Assembly (NCBI GenBank): GCA_043823085.1
Contig: JBDRBE010000004.1
Location: 342,780-406,779, forward strand
Length of the DNA stretch: 64,000 bases
Source: Candidatus Levyibacteriota bacterium
Lineage (GTDB): Bacteria; Patescibacteriota; Microgenomatia; Levybacterales; UBA12049
Direction: 5' to 3'
The position numbers and the translations under genes are program-made. The notes below the pieces were generated by a model, which ran no database searches, was not told where the DNA came from, and saw only the letters and a program-made list of their open reading frames with translations. Shown here piece after piece: positions 54,680-63,229 of this stretch. Each line of letters begins with the position of its first letter. Within the stretch, counting starts at the first letter, position 1.

Positions 54680-56115
54680 TTTCTCCCATCCTTCTGGATT
54701 AATTCATTTGCCTCTTTTGGTCCCCACGTCCCTGATTCATAATTCATAATTCCTGATTCCCGTCTCTTCCATCCTTCCAGAATTTTAGTGATAAACTCCC
54801 ACGAACTGTCAAGCTCGTCAGAGCGGTTAAAAAGCATCTGGTCACCAACAAAAATGTCCAAAAGAACTTTTTCGTATGCATTTGTACCTTTTGTATGAAA
54901 TTCGTCTTCGTAATTAAAATTCATATTTACTGTTCCCAACGACACTTTTGAACCCGGCTTTTTTGCGATAACGCGAAGACTAATTCCTTCATTCGGTTGA
55001 ATTCTGATAGTCAAAACATTTCCGGTCTCTGGACAACCATATTCTTTAAATAAAACATGGCAAGTTTGAATAAAAACTATAGAAATTTCCACAGTGCTTT
55101 TTGGCATTTTCTTCCCTACTCTTGCATAAAACGGCACATTTTTAAATCTTTCCGAGTCAACATATAATTTCATTGCAACAAAGGTTTCGGTATTTGATTT
55201 CGGATCAACATCCTTTTCTTTTAGATAGCCTTCATATTGTCCTCTTGCCACAAACTTATCAACCTCATTAGATTCTATGGAGCGGATTGCTTTAATTGCA
55301 TTTGCCCTAACATCACGCATATCGTCTCTTGTAAAGCTTCTTGGCTGTTCCATGGCAACTGCCGCTACCATTTGCATAATGTGATTTTGACCCATGTCCC
55401 TTAACGTCCCAACTCCGTCAAAAAACTTTCCTCTTCTTTCTATTCCCTTTTCTTCTGCAAGTGTGATTTGCACATGATCAATAAAATTTTTGTTCCAGAC
55501 CGGTTCAAAAATTCCGTTGGCAAATCTAAAAGCAATCATGTTCTGCACCGTCTCTTTTCCTAAATAATGATCAACCCTAAAAATCTGTCTTTCTTCAAAG
55601 ATCTCCGAAAGCCTTTTATCAAGCGCTCTCGCAGTCTCTAGGTCTTTACCAAAGGGTTTTTCAATAATAATTTTTGTCCACTTATTGCTTCCCTGTCCGC
55701 ACCCTTCGGAAAGTTTTGAATGATTAAGATGCTCTAAAATTTCCGGATAATTGGCTGGCGGCGTTGCCAAATAAAAAAGGCGCGTAACACAAGCGCCAAT
55801 TTCTTTATCAAATCCTTCCAGTTTTTTAATTAATTCTTCGTAATCTTCCTTTTCCTCAAATTTTCCTTGTTGGTAAAAAATATTTTTTGAAAACGCGTCC
55901 CAATCACTCTGACGATATGTATTATTAGAGTGTAAAAATTCTTTTAGAAGACTATGAAACTCGCTGTTTGTGAACTCTCTTCTTGCAAAACCAATGAGAT
56001 AAAATTTTTCCGGTAATTTTTTTTCTTGAAAGAGTTTAAAAAGAGAAGGAAGAAGTTTAGTCCGCATCAAATCCCCTGTTGCCCCAAAAATAATCATTGC
56101 AAATGGAGAATTCAT
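54667..56115 (-). CDS. zwf: glucose-6-phosphate 1-dehydrogenase
   Basis: NADP-binding GATGDL. Active-site segment DHYLGKE. Motif EKPFG. Small in-frame insert IMNYES from AATTATGAATTATGAAT near the C-terminus. Confidence 0.85.
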   Translation of the reverse strand: MNSPFAMIIFGATGDLMRTKLLPSLFKLFQEKKLPEKFYLIGFARREFTNSEFHSLLKEFLHSNNTYRQSDWDAFSKNIFYQQGKFEEKEDYEELIKKLEGFDKEIGACVTRLFYLATPPANYPEILEHLNHSKLSEGCGQGSNKWTKIIIEKPFGKDLETARALDKRLSEIFEERQIFRVDHYLGKETVQNMIAFRFANGIFEPVWNKNFIDHVQITLAEEKGIERRGKFFDGVGTLRDMGQNHIMQMVAAVAMEQPRSFTRDDMRDVRANAIKAIRSIESNEVDKFVARGQYEGYLKEKDVDPKSNTETFVAMKLYVDSERFKNVPFYARVGKKMPKSTVEISIVFIQTCHVLFKEYGCPETGNVLTIRIQPNEGISLRVIAKKPGSKVSLGTVNMNFNYEDEFHTKGTNAYEKVLLDIFVGDQMLFNRSDELDSSWEFITKILEGWKRRESGIMNYESGTWGPKEANELIQKDGRKWIQ

Positions 56116-56125
56116 TAAAATTATT

Positions 56126-56860
56126 CTACACCTTTTGGTCGGTTATTAAAAGCGTTTTTTTGGAGATTTCGGGCTTCAAATAAAAACGGGATGGAATTTC
56201 TTCAAGAGAACCTTGTTTGAACATCAAGCTCAACGCATTTTTCTTTGAAGAACCAAATACAAAAATAATCAAAAAATCAAACATTTCCATTGCTTTAAAA
56301 GTTAAAGTAATCCTTTTTCCAAACCCGGTTTGGAAAGTATTTCCGTCATCAAAACATGAAACAAATAAATTTTCCTGATCTTTTCCAAAAAGAGGATTTA
56401 CGAAATTATCTTTGTTTGGCGCAATCCCCGCAGTGTGACCATCATTCCCCATTCCAAAAATCCCTACACTCTTTGGAAATTTGGAAAGCAGTAAGCGGAC
56501 AGTTTCGTCATAATCTTTGACAGTTTTTTCAAAATCTTTATTCTCTAAAATTGGATAAAACCTAACGTTTGAACTTTGGAGATAAGAAACAAAACCTGTT
56601 TCTCTAATCATTTTTTCATTGCTGTCGGGATGATTTATTTCTCCATAACGTTCATCAACCAAAGCAACTGCGCCTGGTTTTAAAATTTTTTCTCTTGCAA
56701 TTTCTTCGTATAAAGCTTTTGGGGTTGAACCGCCGGACAGAAAAAGAACAGTTTTTTTATCAATAACTCCATAAAGAATTTCTTTGGCAGATTGCAGTTC
56801 TTGTTGGATATTATCTGCGGTTAAAATAGAAACGCCTTCTTTTTTCGCAAATTCATCCAT
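56126..56860 (-). CDS. pgl: 6-phosphogluconolactonase
   Basis: GlcN6P deaminase/6PGL fold (LSGGSTP motif). Confidence 0.7.
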   Translation of the reverse strand: MDEFAKKEGVSILTADNIQQELQSAKEILYGVIDKKTVLFLSGGSTPKALYEEIAREKILKPGAVALVDERYGEINHPDSNEKMIRETGFVSYLQSSNVRFYPILENKDFEKTVKDYDETVRLLLSKFPKSVGIFGMGNDGHTAGIAPNKDNFVNPLFGKDQENLFVSCFDDGNTFQTGFGKRITLTFKAMEMFDFLIIFVFGSSKKNALSLMFKQGSLEEIPSRFYLKPEISKKTLLITDQKV

Positions 56861-56960
56861 ATTCTCTCCATGTCATGCTGAACTTGTTTCAGCATCTCGA
56901 TTTATTCACTGTGCAATGAGATTCCGAAATAAATTCGGAATGACACTACATGATTTTTTT
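56861..56960. repeat. hairpin-rich intergenic block (GCTGAA-CTTG-TTTCAGC; ATTCCGAA-ATAA-ATTCGGAAT) flanked by GTCATGCTGAA..GAATGACAC
   Basis: Two perfect hairpins between pgl and rseP. The flanking motif is related to the 9625 element. Confidence 0.45.
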
Positions 56961-56962
56961 AA

Positions 56963-58192
56963 TTATGGACCAAAAATATTTTTGCCGGAAATTAATCTGG
57001 TTAAATCATGAAAAGTTATTAAGGCAATTAAAGTCAAAAGTAATGCCATACCAATCGCGTGAGAGTAGCTTTCGAATTTGGCCGGAACTCTTCGCCGAGT
57101 TGCTACTTCTATCAGAATAAAAAACAATCTTCCACCGTCCAAAGCCGGAATTGGCAAGATATTAAAAAAAGCAAGCGAAATCGACAATATTCCGGCGAGA
57201 TTTAGAACCTGTAAAATTTTTTCTTTAAGATCGGGTATTTTAACAATATTTCCAACCAAAGAGTATATTCCTACCGGACCGGCAACGCTTTGGGAAATAG
57301 GCTCGGCGGTTTTTTCTTTTATCGAAATACCAATTAGCTGTCCCATGATGTTGAAATTGTAAGCCAGAAGATTTAATGGATGAGTAAATCCGGAAAATAT
57401 TTTTTGAGGAACAGTTTTATAATCTAAAACTACCATTGAAACCGGAAAAAAACTAATTCCGATTGCTCCCTCGTTTTTGGGAGGATTTATTCTTGGTGTA
57501 ATTTTTGCAAAATAATTTTTATTATTTTTTGCATCCTGCCATGCAACTGTAATTTCTTTTCCTTTATTTTTACTAATAATTTCGGCAAAATAATTCACAT
57601 CATTAACTTTTTGTCCATTTATAGAAAGAATCTTTGAAAAAGATTTAATTCCCGCAATTTCTGCCGGCGAGTTTTTGGCAACATCGGCAATAATTATATC
57701 CGAAGAGTTAGTTTGAGAAACGGCAAAAAATTTATGATCGCCCAAAAGCGGGAGCTGGGTTTTAAAATCGGAAATAAATAAAAATGCGTAGAAAATAACT
57801 GCGGCAAGAACTGTATTCATAAAAACGCCGGCCACTACAATCACCGCTCTTTGTCCGACCGGTCTTGCAAAAAACGCACGGTCTTTATTCTTAATTCTTA
57901 ATTCCTGATTTTTAATTCCCGGCCTGCCGCTACCGGCCTCATCCTCGCCATAAAGTTTTACAAATCCGCCAATCGGCAGCCAATTAATTGAATAAATAGT
58001 CTCGCCCTTTTTTATGCCAAACGCTCTTGGAGGAAGTCCAAACCCAAATTCTTCAACTTTTATCCCTAATTTTTTTGCTACAAAAAAATGCCCAAACTCG
58101 TGAATCAACACTAAAATCGAGAGAATAACCAAAAAAACAACGGCCGTAATTATCATAAATTTTGACTTATATATCGCGGGGAGCCTTTTCAT
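56963..58192 (-). CDS. rseP: RseP-type site-2 protease (M50) with a PDZ domain
   Basis: HEFGH zinc motif in TM1. PDZ domain. LDGG motif. In-frame insert IKNQELRIKNKD from the TAATTCTTAATTCCTGATT repeat at 57886-57921. Confidence 0.8.
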   Translation of the reverse strand: MKRLPAIYKSKFMIITAVVFLVILSILVLIHEFGHFFVAKKLGIKVEEFGFGLPPRAFGIKKGETIYSINWLPIGGFVKLYGEDEAGSGRPGIKNQELRIKNKDRAFFARPVGQRAVIVVAGVFMNTVLAAVIFYAFLFISDFKTQLPLLGDHKFFAVSQTNSSDIIIADVAKNSPAEIAGIKSFSKILSINGQKVNDVNYFAEIISKNKGKEITVAWQDAKNNKNYFAKITPRINPPKNEGAIGISFFPVSMVVLDYKTVPQKIFSGFTHPLNLLAYNFNIMGQLIGISIKEKTAEPISQSVAGPVGIYSLVGNIVKIPDLKEKILQVLNLAGILSISLAFFNILPIPALDGGRLFFILIEVATRRRVPAKFESYSHAIGMALLLTLIALITFHDLTRLISGKNIFGP

Positions 58193-58340
58193 GAGGTGAC
58201 GTCTTCACTAGAGTCGCCGAAGGCGACCGTATCCCGAGTCCCGCCGATGAGGCGGGACGGAGGGACGCTTGCGTTTGAAGACTCGCCGAACTGGAAAGGC
58301 GACCTAAGCGATATTCCCTGAACAAGAAAACTTTTATACC
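58193..58340 (-). promoter_or_regulatory. GC-rich structured 5' leader upstream of rseP, with promoter TGGTATAAAAG
   Basis: In gene orientation: GTCCCGCC-TCATC-GGCGGGAC (8-bp stem) and GTCGCC-TTCG-GCGAC (UUCG tetraloop). Preceded by a solo MITE arm and a TATAAA -10. Confidence 0.3.
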
Positions 58341-58350
58341 AAAGTAAAAA

Positions 58351-58914
58351 TTATATCTGCATTAACTCTTCTTCTTTTTTCTTTCCCAAATTTTCAATTT
58401 CTAAAATTACCGAATCGATTTCTCTTTGAACTTCTTTTTCCAAACGAAGCTGTTCGTCTTCGGAAATTGTTTTATCGTTATAATGTTTTTTTATTTCATT
58501 CATTGCTTCATGCCGCACTTGACGCGCCTGAATTTTTCCGCCTTCCAATTTTTGTTTCATCAAATGAATCAGCTGTTGACGCCTTTCCTCTGATAATGCC
58601 GGTATGGAAATTCTAATCACTACTCCATCAATCACAGGAGTCAGTCCGACATTTGCTTCCTGAATTCCTTTTTGGATTTCACCAATTATTGAATTGTCAA
58701 AAGGGGTAATAACTAGAGTTTGATTATCCGAAGCAGCAATTGTGGCAAGTTCTAAAACTTTTAATTTTTGCGCTCCTCCGTAAGCGTTAATAGAAATATG
58801 TTCAACCAACGATGGCGCGGCGCGGCCGGTTCTAACCGTCGCCAAATCATTTTTCAAAATCTCCAAAACTTTCTGAATTCTCTGTTTCGTTTCTGCTGTA
58901 AAATCCGGATTCAT
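58351..58914 (-). CDS. frr: ribosome recycling factor
   Basis: 187 aa. Canonical RRF sequence. Confidence 0.9.
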   Translation of the reverse strand: MNPDFTAETKQRIQKVLEILKNDLATVRTGRAAPSLVEHISINAYGGAQKLKVLELATIAASDNQTLVITPFDNSIIGEIQKGIQEANVGLTPVIDGVVIRISIPALSEERRQQLIHLMKQKLEGGKIQARQVRHEAMNEIKKHYNDKTISEDEQLRLEKEVQREIDSVILEIENLGKKKEEELMQI

Positions 58915-58920
58915 AAACTA

Positions 58921-59379
58921 TTACCCTATTTCAAATCTCTGGAATTTCTTAACGACGATATTTTCGCCAAGTTTTCCGATAACGCTTTTTATTAAATCAT
59001 TAATTGTCATTGAACTATCGCGAATATACTCTTGTTTTAATAAGCTTGCAACGTCTTTTGGATTCATGGCGCAAATTTGCATGGCAATTTCGTGAGCTAA
59101 ATTTTTAAATTCTTGTGTTCTTGCAACAAAATCCGTTTCACAAAGTATTGAAATTAAAGCGCCGACTCGGCCATTTTGGTGAATGTAGGCTTCAACAAGT
59201 CCTTGTGAAGTCTCACGCTCTGCTTTTTTCTCGGCTTTTTCTATTCCTCTTTTTTTAAGCCAGGCAAGCGCTTTTTTATAATCGCCCGCTGATTCTTCCA
59301 ATGCAATTCTGCAATCGGAAACTGAAGCTTGTGTTTCATTTCGCAGTTTTTTTAAGTCTTGAAGATTTATGCTTACCAT
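58921..59379 (-). CDS. tsf: elongation factor Ts (short form)
   Basis: UBA-like N-terminus LKKLRNETQASVSDCRIALEESAGDYKKALAWLKKRG plus the dimerisation domain. The upstream extension in the ORF track is spurious. Confidence 0.8.
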   Translation of the reverse strand: MVSINLQDLKKLRNETQASVSDCRIALEESAGDYKKALAWLKKRGIEKAEKKAERETSQGLVEAYIHQNGRVGALISILCETDFVARTQEFKNLAHEIAMQICAMNPKDVASLLKQEYIRDSSMTINDLIKSVIGKLGENIVVKKFQRFEIG

Positions 59380-59380
59380 T

Positions 59381-60187
59381 TTACTTCTCCTTACTGGGTT
59401 TTGTTTTTGGTTTTGTTGTCGCCGCCCGTTTAGTTTTAGTTTCCTTTGACGATACGGGTTTGGAAACCTCAACCTTTGCCGATTTTCTTCCCTCAACCCA
59501 CGCTTCTATTATATATGAAATTATTAATTTCAAACTGCCGACCGCATCATCGTTTGCCGGAACAGCATAATCAATTAAGTATGGATCTGCATTGGTATCG
59601 GTTATGCCAACTGTTGGAATACTCATTCTTTTTGCTTCGCGAACTGCTAAATCTTCAAGATGCGAATCAATGATAAACAAGGCGTCGGGAAGTTTTTTCA
59701 TTTCCAAAACTCCGCCGTAAAAACCTTCAAGTTGTAGTTTTTCTTTTTCCCATAGTCCAACTTCCCTTTTGGTATATTTTGCTCTTTCTTCTTCATTTTT
59801 TAACCGTTCTCCTAAATCTTTTAATTTCCTATAATTTTTGGCCATTTCCGAATAATTGGTTAAAGTTCCGCCCATCCAGCGATTGGCAACCCAAAATAAT
59901 CCATCGGCAAAACCTTCTATTTTTGCTTTTTCAATTGCTTCTTTTAGAATCCCTTGCGCTTGCCTTTTTGTTCCAACCACCAAAAAACTTGATCCTTCTT
60001 TTTTGGCAACTGATTTTACAAATGCGGCGGCATTGTCTAAACCCTCCTTGGTTTTTGCTAAATCTATAATGTGGATATTATCGCGAGCTTCAAAAATATA
60101 ATCGCGGGCCTTTGGGTTTGAACGAGTTACCTGATGCCCGAAATGGCATCCTGCTTCCAATAATTCTTCAAGTGTAATTTCTCTCAT
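59381..60187 (-). CDS. rpsB: ribosomal protein S2 with a Lys-rich C-terminal extension
   Basis: MREITLEELLEAGCHFGHQVTRSNP. GGAGG RBS. Confidence 0.9.
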   Translation of the reverse strand: MREITLEELLEAGCHFGHQVTRSNPKARDYIFEARDNIHIIDLAKTKEGLDNAAAFVKSVAKKEGSSFLVVGTKRQAQGILKEAIEKAKIEGFADGLFWVANRWMGGTLTNYSEMAKNYRKLKDLGERLKNEEERAKYTKREVGLWEKEKLQLEGFYGGVLEMKKLPDALFIIDSHLEDLAVREAKRMSIPTVGITDTNADPYLIDYAVPANDDAVGSLKLIISYIIEAWVEGRKSAKVEVSKPVSSKETKTKRAATTKPKTKPSKEK

Positions 60188-60208
60188 ACCGTTTCCTTTT
60201 ACCTCCAC

Positions 60209-60714
60209 TTACAATTAATCTTATTCAGGAAACATAAAGTAAGTGTGTGAATTAAATTCATGATAGCAGAAAAAGAAAAAAAATACAATCCCAAACTTAT
60301 CTTACGCCGCCTTGCGGCCATTCCCTGTCCGGCAAATATTGGCGCGGAAAAGAAGAGGATAAAAGAAATGCAAGTCTCTTTTATACTGCTCACTATATCT
60401 TTTTAATTCTTCTGGTAATGCATCCACGCCACAATGCCAGATAAATCTCGCACACATTTGAAGATCTGTCGGTAGCTTTACCAACGTTCCTTGTCGATCA
60501 ACCCCAGCTCTTCTTGTTCGCTCAAAAACAACATTACTATCTGTCTCTAGTTGACGGTGTACTCTTGGACCACCTAAATCATGCTCTGATAATGCTTAAA
60601 ACCGCTTTCCTTGTCTGTTTCTTAAAAATCTTCTAAGGGCCTCTGGTCGACGACATACTTCTATCATATAATTTATAATTGAATAATATCACTAAATCCC
60701 ATTTTTGCAAGAGG
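60209..60714. pseudogene. about 500-bp non-coding stretch with broken reading frames, a possible decayed gene
   Basis: Minus-strand frames read MIEVCRRPEALRRFLRNRQGKRF, then a stop, then ALSEHDLGGPRVHRQLETDSNVVFERTRRAGVDRQG.. No intact ORF longer than 64 aa. Composition differs from the neighbouring intergenic DNA. Confidence 0.2.
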
Positions 60715-62073
60715 TTATGCTACGGGGAATTTGGAGCAAAGGCTTTTGACTTCTTTATTGATTAAAATTAATTTTTTATTTTTAATAACATTTGTTCTAA
60801 ATTCTTTCCAAAACTGTCCTCTTTCTTCTTTGTTTTGCGGAATCTGCGAGTTTCCTACCTCTTGACAAATTTCATTTATCCATTTGGCGATTTTTACCAT
60901 TTCTCTCTCCTTCATCCCCCGCGTAGTTATGGCAGGTGTTCCCAAACGAATTCCCGAAGGGTAAAACGGAGGCATCGGGTCATTTGGAACAGCGTTTTTA
61001 TTAACAACTATTCCCGCAATTTCTAAAGCCAAAGCCGCAGCCGCACCATTAACATTTTTATTTTTTAAATCTATTAAAAGCAAATGATTTTCTGTTGTAC
61101 CGCTTATTAAATTAAATCCATATCTTGTAAGTTCATCTGCCAGCGTTTTTGCATTTTTAACAATCTGCGCGCCGTATCTTTTGAAAGATGTTAAACTTGC
61201 TTCATAAAGAGCAACGGCAATTGCGGCAGTTTGATTGTCATGCGGGCCTCCCTGCAATCCTGGAAAAACCGCTTTATTAATTTTTTCTCCAAGCTCGGGA
61301 TCTTTTTTTAGTCCTTTATCTGTAACCATTATCATCGCTCCTCTTGGACCTCTCAAAGTTTTATGTGTTGTCGTCATAACTATATGGGCATATGGGATAG
61401 GACTTGGATGAACGCCGGCAACAATAAGACCGGTAATATGGGAAATATCGGCAAGCAAATATGCTCCGACTTTATCGGCAATTTGTCCGAATCTTTTAAA
61501 ATTGATGATTCTAGGATAAGCTGTATAACCGCAGACAATAATTTTTGGCTTTTCTTTAACTGCCAATTTTTCAAGTTCATCATAATCCAACAAACCATCT
61601 TTACCAAGCTGATACTGAACTGTCTTAAAATATTTTCCCGAAAAAGAGACCGGCGCACCGTGAGTTAAATGCCCACCGAATGCCAGAGAAAGCCCCATAA
61701 TTTTATCCTTTAAAGGCTCTAAAAGCGCAAAGTAAATCGCTGTGTTGGCCGGAGAACCGGAATATGGCTGAACGTTTACATATGGAACGCCGAAAAGTTT
61801 TTTAGCCCTTTCTTGAGCCAAAATTTCTACTTCGTCGGCAAACTTTTGTCCTTGATAATAACGTTTTTTTGGATACCCTTCGGAATATTTATAGTTTAAA
61901 ACGCTACCCAATGCCTGAAGCATTGCTTTGCTTAAATGATTGTTCGATGGAATCATTTCTAATGTATTTTGAACTCGTTTTTCCTCGTCTTTGATAAGCT
62001 TGTAAATTTTGGGGTCGGTTTTTTGCAATGCTTTCACAAAATAGATAATACTAATAATTTTAAAAATAATCAA
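60715..62073 (-). CDS. glyA: serine hydroxymethyltransferase
   Basis: PLP motif VMTTTHKTLRGPRG and the overall SHMT sequence. Confidence 0.9.
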   Translation of the reverse strand: MIIFKIISIIYFVKALQKTDPKIYKLIKDEEKRVQNTLEMIPSNNHLSKAMLQALGSVLNYKYSEGYPKKRYYQGQKFADEVEILAQERAKKLFGVPYVNVQPYSGSPANTAIYFALLEPLKDKIMGLSLAFGGHLTHGAPVSFSGKYFKTVQYQLGKDGLLDYDELEKLAVKEKPKIIVCGYTAYPRIINFKRFGQIADKVGAYLLADISHITGLIVAGVHPSPIPYAHIVMTTTHKTLRGPRGAMIMVTDKGLKKDPELGEKINKAVFPGLQGGPHDNQTAAIAVALYEASLTSFKRYGAQIVKNAKTLADELTRYGFNLISGTTENHLLLIDLKNKNVNGAAAALALEIAGIVVNKNAVPNDPMPPFYPSGIRLGTPAITTRGMKEREMVKIAKWINEICQEVGNSQIPQNKEERGQFWKEFRTNVIKNKKLILINKEVKSLCSKFPVA

Positions 62074-62213
62074 GGGCTAGTTTTTAGAATCTTTGATGTG
62101 AGAAGTGGGATTTTCTTGAACTTGACCGTTTTGATATCTAGATATCTAGAATTCAAGAAATCGAAGATTCAAGATCAAAAATGTCAAAAATATCTCACGT
62201 CAAAAATTCTAGT
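62074..62213. repeat. palindromic intergenic element, a copy lacking the CAGCTG core
   Basis: Termini TAGAATCTTTGATGTGAGAAGTGGGATTTTCTTGAACTTGA and ATATCTCACGTCAAAAATTCTAG. Aligns with the reverse complement of the 43544 copy. Confidence 0.55.
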
Positions 62214-62744
62214 TCATCTCTCCAATTCCAAAAACTTATATTTATGTCCTTCCCACTTTCCTTCTTTTTCAAAAACTATTTTTTTGAATATTGATTCGTA
62301 TTCCGGGAAAAAAGTGTCGGCGTCTTTAACAGCATCTACAATTGTTAAATATAATTTATCCGTTAAACCAATCGCCTGCTGATAAATCTGTCCCCCCCCG
62401 ATAATAAATATTTCTTTTTTATTGTCATGCCAAACTTGTTTCGGCATCTCACGAGATTCTGAAGCCATTTTCAACGCTTCATCCAAAGAACTCGTAATTT
62501 TTAGCTTCGCAAGGCGTCGCCTTGCGAAGCTAGAATCTCGCGAAATAACTATGTTCGTCCTATTGGGAAGAGGATGGCCAATCGACTCGAAGGTTTTTCG
62601 CCCCATTATAATAGTATGGCCACATGTTTTTTCGCGAAACCGCTTCATATCTTCGGGGATTTGCCACAACAATTTATTATCGTTCCCAATTCCTCTGTCT
62701 TTTGAAATCGCTACGATGATGCTGATTTTTGAATTATGAATCAT
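62214..62744 (-). CDS. folA: dihydrofolate reductase, carrying an in-frame palindrome insertion
   Basis: DHFR motifs (IVAISKDRGIG, LLW, MGRKTFESIG). The 29-bp palindrome at 62503-62531 encodes SSFARRRLAKLKI. Confidence 0.8.
   Translation of the reverse strand: MIHNSKISIIVAISKDRGIGNDNKLLWQIPEDMKRFREKTCGHTIIMGRKTFESIGHPLPNRTNIVISRDSSFARRRLAKLKITSSLDEALKMASESREMPKQVWHDNKKEIFIIGGGQIYQQAIGLTDKLYLTIVDAVKDADTFFPEYESIFKKIVFEKEGKWEGHKYKFLELER
62503..62531. repeat. 29-bp palindrome AGCTTCGCAAGGCGTCGCCTTGCGAAGCT inside folA. Sister copy at 4082-4110.
   Basis: Seen directly in the sequence. GC-rich in an AT-rich gene. Confidence 0.6.
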
Positions 62745-63229
62745 AAATTATGAATTTTTGAACTTTTAATCAAACCGTTTGAATCGCTAAAAAACTTAAT
62801 TGCATCCTCCACCGTTTGTTTAACATTTGCCAATAATTGATATTTATCTAAATCTGACGTTTTTACCCATTCCGGAATTGTTTCTTCCGATTCTTTTATT
62901 TCCCCTGAAAATTTTAAACAAAGAAAAACATGCCAGGAAAAATTTACAACTCCCTGTTTTCTTTTAATTGCCGCATAATAAATATTATTAGGATAATCAA
63001 CAAATGAAATTCCTGTTAACCCCGTTTCTTCTTTTAATTCTCTAATTGCCGTATCTTTTTCTGTTTCACTCTCATCAACTTTTCCGCCGGGCAAACCATA
63101 AATTCCTGTCAAATGTCCTGCTTTTTGGGTATGTCTTACAAGCAAAACTTTATCATCTTTGATAAGTAATGCCGCCGCTGATAAAACAATATTTTTAAGT
63201 TTTTGATTTTTCGTAGAAGCCTCCTGCAA
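62741..63229 (-). CDS. NUDIX hydrolase
   Basis: Nudix box GGKVDESETEKDTAIRELKEETGL. Confidence 0.7.
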   Translation of the reverse strand: MQEASTKNQKLKNIVLSAAALLIKDDKVLLVRHTQKAGHLTGIYGLPGGKVDESETEKDTAIRELKEETGLTGISFVDYPNNIYYAAIKRKQGVVNFSWHVFLCLKFSGEIKESEETIPEWVKTSDLDKYQLLANVKQTVEDAIKFFSDSNGLIKSSKIHNL

